DNA of 64,000 nucleotides, taken from the NCBI GenBank assembly GCA_019721035.1, contig JAHEAA010000001.1:39991-103990 (forward strand), in the 5' to 3' direction. Below, in pieces: positions 1 through 10,192 of the stretch. The notes under the pieces were generated by a model. It saw only the letters and a list, made by a program, of their open reading frames with translations. It was not told the DNA's origin and made no database searches. Source of the stretch: Candidatus Sysuiplasma acidicola. GTDB lineage: Archaea; Thermoplasmatota; Thermoplasmata; Sysuiplasmatales; Sysuiplasmataceae. How positions within the stretch are numbered: position 1 is the stretch's first letter; every line of letters starts with the position of its first letter. A program made the translations under genes and the position numbers.

Positions 1-255
1 GCTGTCGAGCGCGTCGCCGTTCCCCCTCTCCTCCAGAATCCTCTCAAGCTCGGGTGAGGCATCAAAATGATCTTCGATTGCACGCTTCTCTCTTCCGGTG
101 ACAATTATGATGTCTTCTATGCCTGCGCTCACCGCCTCCTCCACCACATACTGAATGACCGGTTTGTCCACAACCGGCAGCATCTCCTTCGGCTGCACCT
201 TGGTCAGTGGAAGAAAGCGTGTTCCCATTCCTGCGGCAGGTATTATCGCCTTCAG
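1..255 (-). CDS. galU: UTP--glucose-1-phosphate uridylyltransferase, 5' part (runs off the left edge)
   Basis: Manual translation (not in ORF track): [65 protein letters not shown], the classic GalU N-terminus. Likely CTG start at 255, just after the GGTGA that overlaps the ugd stop. Confidence 0.93.
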   Translation of the reverse strand, partial: MKAIIPAAGMGTRFLPLTKVQPKEMLPVVDKPVIQYVVEEAVSAGIEDIIIVTGREKRAIEDHFDASPELERILEERGNGDALDS

Positions 256-259
256 CGCA

Positions 260-1525
260 TCACCAGCATATCCCTTCGTAGTTCTTCGTCTTCGTTACCC
301 CCCTGCCGTCAACCACGAGCCTGCTGCCGTAAAGTTCCTGGTCAGAGAACTCCTTCCACTCCGTCACCACAACCACTGCGTCTGATCGTGCAACGGCGGC
401 GGTGGCTGATTCGGCGTAATCAATAGCAGGAAAGAGTTTCTTGAAGTTTTCCATTGCTGCCGGGTCGTACGCCACCACCTTCGCACCCTTTCCGATCAGC
501 GCCGAAACGACCTTTATTGACGGCGCCTCCCTTATGTCATCGGAGTCCGGCTTGAATGCGAGACCGAGCACGGCAACGGTTCTGCCGGAAACGGGTCCGT
601 GCTTCTCCAGAAGCTCAAGGAGTTTGAGTGGTTGCTTTTCATTCTGGGACAGCACGGCATCGATAATCGGTGTTTCTGCACCGAGTTTCCTCCCCATCAG
701 TGAAATCGCAGACGCATCCTTTCTGAAGCAGCTGCCTCCGAAGCCTGCACCTGCATTCAGAAAGAACGGTCCAATCCTCCTGTCCATGCCTACGGCCTTG
801 GACACGGTGCGTATGTCGACTCCAATCCTCTTTGCCACGTTTCCGAGCTCGTTAATGAGTGCGACCCTCGCGGAAAGGAAGACATTGGACGCATACTTGA
901 TCATTTCTGCAGTCGTGCAGTCCGTAAAGAGCATCGGCACATCGAGTGGGGCATAGAGCTTTTGCATGAAGTCCCTGGTCCTGTCGCCATTATAACCCAC
1001 AACAATCCTGTCGGGCTTCATGAAGTCACTGACCGCATCTCCCTCCTTCAGAAACTCCGGATTCATTCCCAGTCCGAAGTCTCTGCCTGCCTTTTTACCG
1101 CTGGTCATTTCGATAATTTTCCCGACAGTCTGAATCGTCGTGCCGGGGAGAACGGTGCTCTTGACAATCACTATGTGGTAACCGTCTTTATTTTTCAGTG
1201 ATGCACCGATCTCTTCAGAAACCTTCTCTATGTATTGTGTGTCCTGTGTTCCATCCTGTCTGGAAGGGGTTCCAACACAGATGAAGGTGATTTCAGTCGA
1301 TGCCACGGCGCTTTCAAGGTGGTTCGTAGCCCTGAGCGTTCCCCTTTTGACACCTCCTGATACGAGTGTGTCCAGATCTTTCTCGTACACCGTGGGTATG
1401 CCGGAGTTGATCAGCCTTACCTTTTCTTCGACCACATCAACAAGTGTGACATCGTGCCCCAGTGATGAAAAGCATGCACCTGTGACGATGCCAACGTATC
1501 CGGAACCAATCAATGACAGCCTCAT
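260..1525 (-). CDS. ugd: UDP-glucose/GDP-mannose 6-dehydrogenase
   Basis: GSGYVG Rossmann motif, [30 protein letters not shown] (catalytic Cys), [14 protein letters not shown]. Confidence 0.95.
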   Translation of the reverse strand: MRLSLIGSGYVGIVTGACFSSLGHDVTLVDVVEEKVRLINSGIPTVYEKDLDTLVSGGVKRGTLRATNHLESAVASTEITFICVGTPSRQDGTQDTQYIEKVSEEIGASLKNKDGYHIVIVKSTVLPGTTIQTVGKIIEMTSGKKAGRDFGLGMNPEFLKEGDAVSDFMKPDRIVVGYNGDRTRDFMQKLYAPLDVPMLFTDCTTAEMIKYASNVFLSARVALINELGNVAKRIGVDIRTVSKAVGMDRRIGPFFLNAGAGFGGSCFRKDASAISLMGRKLGAETPIIDAVLSQNEKQPLKLLELLEKHGPVSGRTVAVLGLAFKPDSDDIREAPSIKVVSALIGKGAKVVAYDPAAMENFKKLFPAIDYAESATAAVARSDAVVVVTEWKEFSDQELYGSRLVVDGRGVTKTKNYEGICW

Positions 1526-1573
1526 GTAAATGGCATCAGGTCCGCAGAATATAATGCTTGCATATTGTCACCT

Positions 1574-2734
1574 TCAGCGCAAGCTGCGTCTTGCAAGCGT
1601 CATAAGAAAGTGATCGCCGAGCGAATTGAATGGCCATCTCTTCCCAAGCCACAGATCCGCATTCCTGAGCGTTTCCTGATGGCGTGAAAATTTTCTAGCA
1701 TAAGCATCCAAATCAGACGGAGGGAGGATCACAGGAACGCCGATTACGCTCTCCACTGTAAAAAAATCGTCAAAAATTTTCTCAACATCCTTAACACCGA
1801 ACGAATAAACGTCGATGCAGAATCTTGAATCACCCTCACGTACGGGCGCATTCATTCTCCTCAAGATTCTCTTGATTCTGAGAGAAAGCCCGTATCCGAT
1901 AATTTCCGAGAGGCAGTACTTGTTGTATATGCCTGCAACAAACTTTCCATTCTTCACGAGCAGGGCGTGTATTGCTTCCGGTATTCCTGAGAGTGACTCC
2001 TCGCAGTTGAGCGCGCCATAGGTGGAGTAGCATCCGTCAAAATAACCCTCCCCAAACTCCGAAACCAGCGATCCTATGTCACTCGCCCTCAACTTCCTTG
2101 TAATGATATGCTCCCTCAGTCCCTCATCTGCAGCCTTTTTGCTTACCACTTCGAGCATGACTGAGGAAATGTCCACAGCCACAACATCGTGTCCCTCCTT
2201 CAGCAACGACAGTGTTTCCATTCCCGATCCGCATCCAATCTCAAGCAGTCTCTTTGAGTGACTAAAAACATCTTTCATCAATGCCAGCGAGCGTTCTCTG
2301 AGGAGCATGTTGATACTGTTGCCAGTGATGTGTCCGTCATAATTATGCGCAACAGCATCAAACTCCGATTCCAGCCACCTGTAATATGTTTCCTTTGCAT
2401 CGGCGGCGTGAACGGACGGGGTGATCTTCACGATCCTGCCCGGTGCCGAAAACCACTGATTGTATTTCTCCTCTCCATATTTCCTGCGAAACATTTTGAT
2501 TACATTCTCTCTCTCCGCCTCATTCCCGACAAGTTCAGCTCTTCCTGAAATTGCTCGTCCTTCACGCTTCACCACTGCCTCCCCCTTTCTGAGTATTTCC
2601 GAAGGCCATCTTGAGTGATGCCCGGTGGACATAAGGAACAGGCAGTCTGAGCCTTCAACGTACGAAAGTGTCAGCCACCCGCCGGCCGCCGCCAGTTCAA
2701 CAGTGTCGCTTCTCTGCTGGGAATGCTGTTGCAT
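1574..2734 (-). CDS. Class I SAM methyltransferase with an N-terminal split-barrel (DUF385/deazaflavin nitroreductase-like) domain
   Basis: C-terminal LEIGCGSG and VVAVDISS SAM motifs. The first ~110 aa (W..ILRKGEAVVK..GRAELV...ERENVIKMFRRKYG) resemble DUF385/Ddn-like barrels. Confidence 0.7.
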   Translation of the reverse strand: MQQHSQQRSDTVELAAAGGWLTLSYVEGSDCLFLMSTGHHSRWPSEILRKGEAVVKREGRAISGRAELVGNEAERENVIKMFRRKYGEEKYNQWFSAPGRIVKITPSVHAADAKETYYRWLESEFDAVAHNYDGHITGNSINMLLRERSLALMKDVFSHSKRLLEIGCGSGMETLSLLKEGHDVVAVDISSVMLEVVSKKAADEGLREHIITRKLRASDIGSLVSEFGEGYFDGCYSTYGALNCEESLSGIPEAIHALLVKNGKFVAGIYNKYCLSEIIGYGLSLRIKRILRRMNAPVREGDSRFCIDVYSFGVKDVEKIFDDFFTVESVIGVPVILPPSDLDAYARKFSRHQETLRNADLWLGKRWPFNSLGDHFLMTLARRSLR

Positions 2735-2796
2735 GAATCTTCACTCTTAAAACAGCCGCTTACAGTATAAAAGTTGACGGCTCTCCTCAAGGGCAA

Positions 2797-3573
2797 TCAT
2801 GATATCTTGATTATCCTTCTATCCATTCCTCCCCATCTCACCGGAGAAAAAAACCCTCTCAGAAGTTTGATATAAAATATTGGTGTATATAGAATGTTTT
2901 TCGGCTTCCGGCTATTCATATGCATTAAAAGTATCACAATGAACGAATATATGAGCTGATGCGGACTCAAACCGGCACTGTTCCTAATCTGTGCCCCCTG
3001 CCACTCCGGCCAGTTCCTGTAACTCCGGTAGATTGAATCATGAGTCATGGAATCTTTGACATACCTTACCTTCAGCCTGGCTGCCGAAACAGCTCTCTGA
3101 ATGAAGTACGTTTCCCTTCCCTGAATTTCATCAGGTATGCGAACACTCTTGATGAATTCTGACCTGAACAGCGTTAATCCGAGCGGAAGACCATAAATGA
3201 ACGGATGGCCGTTTTCCACACCAACAACTGCCGCAGTCCTCCGGTTATCGAATCTCTCAATCGCTTCTCTATAGAAGTTCTTCCTCGTTATGATGACATC
3301 TCCGTCAAGGAACAATGTGAATTTGGTGCTGGCGAGGGATGCGCCAAGTGTTGTCGCATAACCGAGGCCCTTGTCCTCTGAATGTATCTCTGCACCAAAG
3401 CTTTCGCCTATCTCTGCTGTGCGGTCGGTGCTGTGGTGATCGATGATCAATATTCTGTTTATGGGCAGTGATAAGATGGCTGAGGAAATGCACTTCGACA
3501 GATATTTTTCGGAATTAAATGTACGTATAACTATGTCAACCGGAGGTAGTGTGCTGAGTTCAGCCATTGGCAT
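2797..3573 (-). CDS. Glycosyltransferase family 2
   Basis: IVIRTFNSEKYL, IIDHHSTDRT, FLDGD (DxD). Confidence 0.9.
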   Translation of the reverse strand: MPMAELSTLPPVDIVIRTFNSEKYLSKCISSAILSLPINRILIIDHHSTDRTAEIGESFGAEIHSEDKGLGYATTLGASLASTKFTLFLDGDVIITRKNFYREAIERFDNRRTAAVVGVENGHPFIYGLPLGLTLFRSEFIKSVRIPDEIQGRETYFIQRAVSAARLKVRYVKDSMTHDSIYRSYRNWPEWQGAQIRNSAGLSPHQLIYSFIVILLMHMNSRKPKNILYTPIFYIKLLRGFFSPVRWGGMDRRIIKIS

Positions 3574-3710
3574 CAGGCGTCGTATAATCGTGAGTGAAAA
3601 CGCACTATTTACGATTGTTTATATTCTTAACCGGGATCATGTGGATTGTAACAATCGTCAGCGTTAGCGTGCCGCCGGTTCTGGCATTACACAGTTGTGG
3701 TGAATCAGGG

Positions 3711-3956
3711 ATGAAAATATATTCGGAACTGTTTCCGATAAAGTATCTCTTTTCAGACAAGGGAATCTGTTTTGGTCTGGATACGAAACGCTGCTCGTAT
3801 CTCTTTCTTCTTTCAAAGAAAGGCGTTATTTTCAGCAAGAGACCTGTAGGAGACAAGGTTGTTGAAAACCTGGGGTATGAGATTGATCTTATTGAGAACG
3901 CAATAAAAATCAACGGCAAAATCGACGGCAAACGTGAAGAAAGCCGTATGCCATAG
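3711..3956 (+). CDS. Small hypothetical protein (81 aa)
   Basis: ATG at 3711 preceded by GGTGA SD; basic protein MKIYSELFPIKYLFSDKGICFG...; no family recognised. Confidence 0.6.
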   Translation: MKIYSELFPIKYLFSDKGICFGLDTKRCSYLFLLSKKGVIFSKRPVGDKVVENLGYEIDLIENAIKINGKIDGKREESRMP

Positions 3957-4028
3957 ATAGGTTACAGGCTGCTATAGTTGCACCTGAGCCAGCCAGGAGT
4001 GATATGGTATTTGTCCGATGGTCTGACA

Positions 4029-4973
4029 ATGCGTGAACAGAGCAGTGACGAGGAACATCCTGACGCCATAAGCACATTTGAGCGTTTTGACTTTCAATCC
4101 CTCTGGCGCGGAAGAGAGAAGGTCATTTCAACGGAGCGTTTCATTCTCACTTCTCTTCTCAGCAGGACAGATGGAAGAAGAACGCTGGAAATTGGGACCG
4201 GGGAAGGCAGGCTGTCCGGCGTTGTGCAGTTAAATTCGCAGGAATATGTGGGCACCGACATCAATCCCTCCTTTCTGAACAGAATCTCCAGCTCTTGCGA
4301 AAACAGGAAGATGAGACTCCTGTCTTCCAACCTTTATCATCTGCCGTTCAGGGATAATTCGTTCACCACTGTTGTGATGATACGTGTCTTCAATTTTCTC
4401 TCGAAGCCCGAATCGGCAATGCAAGAGATAACAAGAGTGCTTGCCCCCGGAGGCAGCCTGGTAATGTCGTATAATCCGAAACCTTCCATTGCCACTTTCA
4501 TTGATGACCTGAAGGCAATCCTCAGATATTCCAGCATGGTGGGGGACAACTGGAAACCTGTGACATTTTCAACCGGAGATGTTGTCCGTATCCACCCCTC
4601 GTCTATTCCTGCTTTCTCATTCAGTGTCCGTTATTTCGCCAGGTTAATGAGCGAATCGGGCCTTGCGGCTGTTGCTGAGAGCGCATCCGGCCTGGAAGAT
4701 TACAGATTTGTCGACAGGTTACCAGATGAGCTCTTTCAAAAGATGGCATTCTCTCTTTACCGCATGCCAATGATGCCGACAAGGTTCGTGCTGGCAAGAA
4801 AAATCAATGGCAGCGGTAAACTGATCATGGAGGCAGACTCAATGTATTGCTGTCCTCAATGCAGGAGTTCGATTTGGCTTGACGATGCCTCCACTCAGAC
4901 ATTCTGCGGCACATGTGGATTTCGGAGAGACAATTGCGAAGGATTGCCGGATTTGAGATATTTTCCAGATTGA
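4029..4973 (+). CDS. Class I SAM methyltransferase with a C-terminal Trm112-like zinc ribbon
   Basis: LEIGTGEG, GTDIN, LPFRDNSF, RVLAPGG; C-terminus CPQC...CGTCG...EGLPDL. Start moved to ATG 4029. Confidence 0.8.
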   Translation: MREQSSDEEHPDAISTFERFDFQSLWRGREKVISTERFILTSLLSRTDGRRTLEIGTGEGRLSGVVQLNSQEYVGTDINPSFLNRISSSCENRKMRLLSSNLYHLPFRDNSFTTVVMIRVFNFLSKPESAMQEITRVLAPGGSLVMSYNPKPSIATFIDDLKAILRYSSMVGDNWKPVTFSTGDVVRIHPSSIPAFSFSVRYFARLMSESGLAAVAESASGLEDYRFVDRLPDELFQKMAFSLYRMPMMPTRFVLARKINGSGKLIMEADSMYCCPQCRSSIWLDDASTQTFCGTCGFRRDNCEGLPDLRYFPD

Positions 4974-5139
4974 GTTGCCATTGCTTGCACAGACATAACC
5001 GTTACAGACCGGAACTATGTTGCCGGCACTCCCCGGCCGCCTTCAGCGCCGATAGACTTCATACAATGTGATTTCATCCTATCCCTATCAGCCACTGCCA
5101 AAGGTTTTAACGATCGTAATATTCTCCCAGTGGTCAGGC

Positions 5140-6384
5140 ATGACCGCTCGTTCTGTAGCGCCTTCTCTCACAACCCTCCTTGCATCTTCCGCCTCTTTCA
5201 TAGATGGCTACAATCTCATAATAATCGCACCTGTGTTGCTCATACTTGGCGGCACGCCTTTTACAAGCCATTTCAACACAACTCTCATTGCCTCCTCGGC
5301 ACTCATAGGCAACTTCTTCGGTGCATTCTTCCTTGGCAACCTGTCCGACCGTCTGGGCCGCAAGTACATGCTGGTCTGGGACATTGTTTTCTTTGTTGTA
5401 TTCGCGCTTGCGAGTGCTCTCTCATCCAATGCACTGGAACTGTTTGTTACGCGCCTTCTTCTGGGCATCGGCATCGGCGGCGATTATCCTATAGGATCTA
5501 CGCTCGTGGCAGAACATTCGCCTGCGGCGAAGAGAGGGAGACAGACCGCCAAGCTTGGTTTTTCATGGACACTGGGTTTCTTCACGGCGATACTCACTGG
5601 CCTGATATTCCTTCCCGTCGGCGCCGATTCGTGGCGGTTTATGCTTGCCGCTCCGGCAATTCCCTCGCTAGTCATCATACTGATGAGACAAAGGGCCATG
5701 GAATCGCCTCTCTGGCAGTCGGAGGTAAAGGGCAGCGCCAGGGCTGGAAAGTCATCTCAGATATTCGGCAGGACGCTGATAAGAGCGACCGCTTTCGCAG
5801 CCTCGTTCTGGTTTATTTTCGATGTAGTTCAATACGGCATAACAACATATGCCCCGTCTGTTGTGAGTGAAATTGGTTTTGCGAGTCACGAGTCATCTCT
5901 TGCCGGATCACTGCTCATAGCCGCCATCGAACTGGTCGCAACGCTCATAGGTATGCGTTATGTGGATGTGCTGGGAAGGAGGATACTGCTCATTGTTGGA
6001 TTTGCAGGAATAGCTCTTTCAATGTTTATCGCTTCCATATCCGACAATATCTTCATCTCCCTCGGCATACTCCTCCTTTTTGCGCTTTCAACCGGGTTCG
6101 GACCTGGTATAATAGAATTCGTTCTGCCCCCGGAGCTGTTTCCCACAAATGTAAGATCTTCGGGTGCCGGATTCGCCAATACAATGAGCAGACTCGGAGC
6201 AGTCGTCGGCGTTGTGGTTCAACCGGTTCTCAAACAGGATTTCGGCATTCATTCTGTGTTCCTGCTTTACGGGTTCGTCGCCATGTGCGGTCTCACCATA
6301 ACATATTTTTTCGCACCTGAGACAATGGGCATATCTCTTTCAGGCATGGATGATGCAGCGCAGGAACAGCCTGCCGTCGGCTGA
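5140..6384 (+). CDS. MFS transporter, sugar-porter-like
   Basis: About 12 hydrophobic helices; DRLGRK, GIGIGGDYP, MESPLW, DVLGRR, ELFPTNVR and PET motifs. Confidence 0.9.
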   Translation: MTARSVAPSLTTLLASSASFIDGYNLIIIAPVLLILGGTPFTSHFNTTLIASSALIGNFFGAFFLGNLSDRLGRKYMLVWDIVFFVVFALASALSSNALELFVTRLLLGIGIGGDYPIGSTLVAEHSPAAKRGRQTAKLGFSWTLGFFTAILTGLIFLPVGADSWRFMLAAPAIPSLVIILMRQRAMESPLWQSEVKGSARAGKSSQIFGRTLIRATAFAASFWFIFDVVQYGITTYAPSVVSEIGFASHESSLAGSLLIAAIELVATLIGMRYVDVLGRRILLIVGFAGIALSMFIASISDNIFISLGILLLFALSTGFGPGIIEFVLPPELFPTNVRSSGAGFANTMSRLGAVVGVVVQPVLKQDFGIHSVFLLYGFVAMCGLTITYFFAPETMGISLSGMDDAAQEQPAVG

Positions 6385-6458
6385 TCGCTCATCGTGCGCT
6401 TAATCCACAGTCTCATACAAATGATTAATAACTGTGAATATGAATTGAACGGCCTGGA

Positions 6459-7487
6459 TTGTTAATGGCGCTCGTTCCTGTCATTGAGGGATCAAGACTG
6501 CTTGTGGATTATGACGGCATCAGCAGCGCGGCTAAATCCAGGAAAGCAAAAACGGTCGCGCTGCAGCTGCCCGAAGGACTGAGGGCGTTTGCGTCACAGA
6601 TCGCCGGTAGAATAGAATCTTCCGCTTCAGTCGCCGTAATCATTGATTCGGAGCCATGTTTCGGCGCATGCGACATACCAACGCACCTGTTTGGTTCGGC
6701 GGACATGGTTGTGCAGCTGGGCCACACCGAGATGCCGAGCATCGGCGTTATGCCACGCATGTATTTTGCCAATATTTCTGTCGACATCGATCCGATACCT
6801 GTGGTCGAGAAGGCTATACCCCTTCTCAGCGGCACGGTTGGTGTTGTGACCACGGCCCAGCACATGCATTATCTCGACGGCATCATCTCATTCCTGAGGA
6901 GCAGGGGGGTGGAGGCGCTTTATTCAAGAGGTGATCGGAGACTCGGCGGATTCGCACAACTACTGGGTTGTGATTACACATCCGCGCGTGACATAGAAGA
7001 CAGGGTTGACTCCTTTCTCTATGTCGGGGACGGCGACTTTCATCCGATAGGTCTTGTTATGCTGAGCGACAGACCGCTCATTGCGGCTAATCCAATGAAC
7101 GGAACTGTGAGGACGCTGGATGCGCTCCGGGACATCATAATGAAGCAACGCCTGACGGCAATAGAGAGGGCCATGGGTGCGAAGTCGTTCGGAGTGCTGG
7201 TGAGCACGAAAGTCGGGCAGCGCAGGAGGGCACTGGCAGAAAAACTCGTATCCGAAGTGCAGGGCACAGGAAGAAGATCGTCGCTGATTCAGTCAAACGT
7301 CATATCGCCCGAACTTATCATGAGCTACGACTTCGACGCATTCACGTCCACCGCCTGTCCGCGGGTCGCAATAGATGATTTTTCGAAATACCCCCGGCCG
7401 TTGCTCACACCCATAGAAACAGAGATAGCACTGGGCATCAGAAAGTTTTCCGACTTCACTTTCGATCAGATACTTGCCGAACAATGA
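6459..7487 (+). CDS. dph2: Diphthamide biosynthesis enzyme Dph2 (archaeal 2-(3-amino-3-carboxypropyl)histidine synthase)
   Basis: LQLPEGL, CFGACD, TTAQH, LLGCD, STKVGQ, TACPRVAIDD, LLTPIE; the three Fe-S Cys are present. Confidence 0.95.
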   Translation: MLMALVPVIEGSRLLVDYDGISSAAKSRKAKTVALQLPEGLRAFASQIAGRIESSASVAVIIDSEPCFGACDIPTHLFGSADMVVQLGHTEMPSIGVMPRMYFANISVDIDPIPVVEKAIPLLSGTVGVVTTAQHMHYLDGIISFLRSRGVEALYSRGDRRLGGFAQLLGCDYTSARDIEDRVDSFLYVGDGDFHPIGLVMLSDRPLIAANPMNGTVRTLDALRDIIMKQRLTAIERAMGAKSFGVLVSTKVGQRRRALAEKLVSEVQGTGRRSSLIQSNVISPELIMSYDFDAFTSTACPRVAIDDFSKYPRPLLTPIETEIALGIRKFSDFTFDQILAEQ

Positions 7488-7493
7488 ATGTCT

Positions 7494-8132
7494 CTATCGC
7501 CCTCTTTCATCTCCCCATATGTATTTGTGGAGCTGCGGCAGCACCCTGACCTCGAGGCCGTCCCTGAGCACTGTTTCTGCGAGCCATCCCATCTCTTTGC
7601 CACCCACAGGTGTCATTATGACTTCACACGGTATGCCGTTTTCGGACATCACCCTTCTGGCATATTCATAGTCTTTCCTGTCTGCAATTATGAATTTCAC
7701 CTGATCATGCCTGCCGAGTCGCTGCAGGTTGGAGAGCATGTTTCTGTCCTCCATCCCCGAACCGGGCAGTTTGATGTCCATGCTCACCGTTAGCCGCTCT
7801 GACGAGGGGAGACAAGACACATCGTACGCGCCGCTTGTTTCTACAACGACCCTGAAGCCTTCATCTAGCAGTCGGGTCGCAAGTTCGGCCGTTTCATCAC
7901 TCTGCATGAGCGGATCTCCTCCCGTGATGCATACATCCAGCACGCGCCTTTGTTTTGCCTCCGCTACAATGGATTCCACCGTCCACTCCGTTCCCTGGTC
8001 AGTGAGCAGAGCGTAAGGAGTGTCACACCATCTGCATCTGAGGTCGCAGCCTGCCGTGCGTATGAAGAGGGTTGGAAGGCCGATCATTATGCCTTCGCCC
8101 TGGATTGACTTGAAAATTTCATTTATTCTCAT
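7494..8132 (-). CDS. queE: 7-carboxy-7-deazaguanine synthase (radical SAM)
   Basis: EIFKSIQGEG, CDLRCRWCDT, ITGGDP, PQLHKYIWG; ATG 8132 overlaps the queC end. Confidence 0.93.
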   Translation of the reverse strand: MRINEIFKSIQGEGIMIGLPTLFIRTAGCDLRCRWCDTPYALLTDQGTEWTVESIVAEAKQRRVLDVCITGGDPLMQSDETAELATRLLDEGFRVVVETSGAYDVSCLPSSERLTVSMDIKLPGSGMEDRNMLSNLQRLGRHDQVKFIIADRKDYEYARRVMSENGIPCEVIMTPVGGKEMGWLAETVLRDGLEVRVLPQLHKYIWGDERGR

Positions 8133-8805
8133 ATTCCAACGGGTCCTCAAAACCCGCCTCCGTGAAACCCTTCAGTCTGAGAAGGCACGAATCGCAGACG
8201 CCGCACGCCTTCTCCCTTCCGTTGTAACAGCTCCAGCTCAGTTCATATGGAGCTCCAAGCTTTTTCCCCATCGACACGATGTCTGCCTTGCTCATGGATA
8301 TGAGCGGAGCGAGGACCACAGGCGATTTGCCTTCAATGCCCGCCTTTGTCGCGACTGCCGCCATCCTGTTAAATGCATCCAGGAATTCCGGCCTGCAGTC
8401 CGGGTACCCGCTGTAGTCCACGGCGTTGATGCCTGTATAGATGTGCCGGCATGCTCTTGCCTCTGCGATGGCAAGCGCGACTGCCAGAAACACAGTATTC
8501 CTGGCAGGAACGTAGGTCACAGGTATGCCTTTTGTTCCACCCACGGGCACTTCGACACTCGGGTCCGTCAGTGCGCTGCCGCCTATTTCGGAGAAATCGA
8601 CATTCATTGTTATCTGTTCGGCGCAGTAATGGCTTGCTATGCGGCGTGCAGCATCGACTTCTCTGGAATGCCTCTGTCCGTAGTCGACCGTCAGTGCTAT
8701 GAAGTGGATGTTCTCCGAATGCAGAAACGCCGCAACTGTTGTAGAATCAAGCCCGCCCGAGAGGAGCAGGACGGCCTCTCTCACGCCAGGTGACGTTCCG
8801 TCCAT
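8119..8805 (-). CDS. queC: 7-cyano-7-deazaguanine synthase
   Basis: LSGGLDS, YGQRH, TYVPARN, YPDCRPEF, WSCY...CGVCDSC. Confidence 0.96.
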   Translation of the reverse strand: MDGTSPGVREAVLLLSGGLDSTTVAAFLHSENIHFIALTVDYGQRHSREVDAARRIASHYCAEQITMNVDFSEIGGSALTDPSVEVPVGGTKGIPVTYVPARNTVFLAVALAIAEARACRHIYTGINAVDYSGYPDCRPEFLDAFNRMAAVATKAGIEGKSPVVLAPLISMSKADIVSMGKKLGAPYELSWSCYNGREKACGVCDSCLLRLKGFTEAGFEDPLEYENK

Positions 8806-9257
8806 GCCTCCTGTCCCCTGCCTTCAGAAACGCCGACTGAAATTGATTTCACATTTCCGCCGAAAATGCCGCTTCCTGCGAGCTCCTCCGCGAAGTAGGC
8901 CGAGAGTTCCTCGGCGCTCACATTCTTCAGCGGCAGCATCACGACATCCGATACTGGAAAGATGTACCTCTTTCCGCCAAATTTCACGGAAACAGAATTG
9001 CCGCTCTGCCGTAAAGTCATAGACTTTCCCGATCCGGGCAAAAGCATCCTGTGGTCAATTCTGTCTATGAGTTTGTTGGCTGCCTCCTTCAGTTTCATGA
9101 AATCGAGTATTATGCCGTTCCTGTCCGGCTCGCCTTCCACCACTATTGTCAGCGCGTAATTATGTCCGTGCAGCCTGCTGCATTTCTCAACGGATGGAAG
9201 GAAATGCCCGGCCACAAACCTGATGCCCGCGTCCCAGCCGTTTATGGATATTTTCAT
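8781..9257 (-). CDS. queD: 6-carboxy-5,6,7,8-tetrahydropterin synthase
   Basis: HFL....CSRLHGHNY, DF..LK, DHRML, SAEELS; overlaps queC. Confidence 0.92.
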   Translation of the reverse strand: MKISINGWDAGIRFVAGHFLPSVEKCSRLHGHNYALTIVVEGEPDRNGIILDFMKLKEAANKLIDRIDHRMLLPGSGKSMTLRQSGNSVSVKFGGKRYIFPVSDVVMLPLKNVSAEELSAYFAEELAGSGIFGGNVKSISVGVSEGRGQEAWTERHLA

Positions 9258-9320
9258 TGAATTCTTCTCTCTCAGCAGTGCAAGAATCAGACAGTTTATG
9301 CATATTTAAGCGATGCGTCT

Positions 9321-9872
9321 TCATTGCCTGAGTTCCTCCCAAATCTCGATGAAACTGTCCACTATTGTTCCCGGCGGCGGTTCGTAGTTCAAAAGCAGCC
9401 GCGCCGTTTGTGCCTCGTTGGTCAGCCTGTACCCTCTGTCCTCTCCAGTAGAAGTCTTTGTTATGATGCCCCTCCTGGCGAGCTTGTTCAGATGATGTGA
9501 CAGCGTGGAAGGGGAAATGCCCATGGCCGGCAGCATATCTTTGTGTTGCGCGGTGCCATTCTTCAAAATAAAGAGAACAATCTGCAGTGGAATCCTCTGT
9601 CTGAGCAGCGCTATCGCCCTCTTCTCGTCCTGGGAGAGGGCATCCCTCTTCTGTTCTGCACCTATGGGATCTTTCGGATAATAACGCCTGTACTGCCCGT
9701 CGGATATTGCAGTGACTATGCCGTGCTTTTCAAGTGAATTCAGATGGTAATCCACAAGCGGAACGCTCTCTTCCAGTTGCCTTGCGATCTCCCTGAGATG
9801 GAGTCCAGGGAACTTGCAGACCTCCTCGAAAATCCGCTTCCTTGTCTGCAGCTCGAGGACGTCATCCTCCAA
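9321..9872 (-). CDS. Tandem winged-helix (ArsR-like) transcriptional regulator
   Basis: Two wHTH units: PGLHLREIARQL...VDYHLNSLE and HKDML..MGISPSTLSHHLNKL. Confidence 0.85.
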   Translation of the reverse strand: MEDDVLELQTRKRIFEEVCKFPGLHLREIARQLEESVPLVDYHLNSLEKHGIVTAISDGQYRRYYPKDPIGAEQKRDALSQDEKRAIALLRQRIPLQIVLFILKNGTAQHKDMLPAMGISPSTLSHHLNKLARRGIITKTSTGEDRGYRLTNEAQTARLLLNYEPPPGTIVDSFIEIWEELRQ

Positions 9873-9884
9873 TTAAGAATCCCC

Positions 9885-10175
9885 CTATCTCTTCAGCGTT
9901 GCGCCGAATATCAGTAGTAATATTGCAATGTCTATCAGACCAACTGCCGTGAAAAAGACCGGAAGAGCGAAAACAGGCTGGAAGAGCTCATAGGTGAAGA
10001 TGATGCCCTGAATAAAGAATAGGAAGAAGGAGACCGAAATCATTGCTATTCTTGCATTCCTCTTCTTCCTGAACGCGAGTATCGAAATGATGAAAAGGAC
10101 GAAGGCAACAACCGTGACCCATGCCGCCACGAAATTCTGGACTGTTGCGAAGCTTAGAAGGGACATTCCCTGCAC
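9885..10175 (-). CDS. Small 3-TM membrane protein
   Basis: Three hydrophobic segments with a basic loop (AFRKKRNARI); 12-17 nt gaps to both neighbours. Confidence 0.8.
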   Translation of the reverse strand: MQGMSLLSFATVQNFVAAWVTVVAFVLFIISILAFRKKRNARIAMISVSFFLFFIQGIIFTYELFQPVFALPVFFTAVGLIDIAILLLIFGATLKR

Positions 10176-10192
10176 TTTCCGGCCGTGCCGAT

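Noticed and set aside
7494-9257. queDCE as a 7-deazaguanine DNA-modification (dpd) defence island
   Set aside because: No DpdA/TGT-like, helicase or nuclease neighbours; best explained as preQ0 supply for archaeosine.
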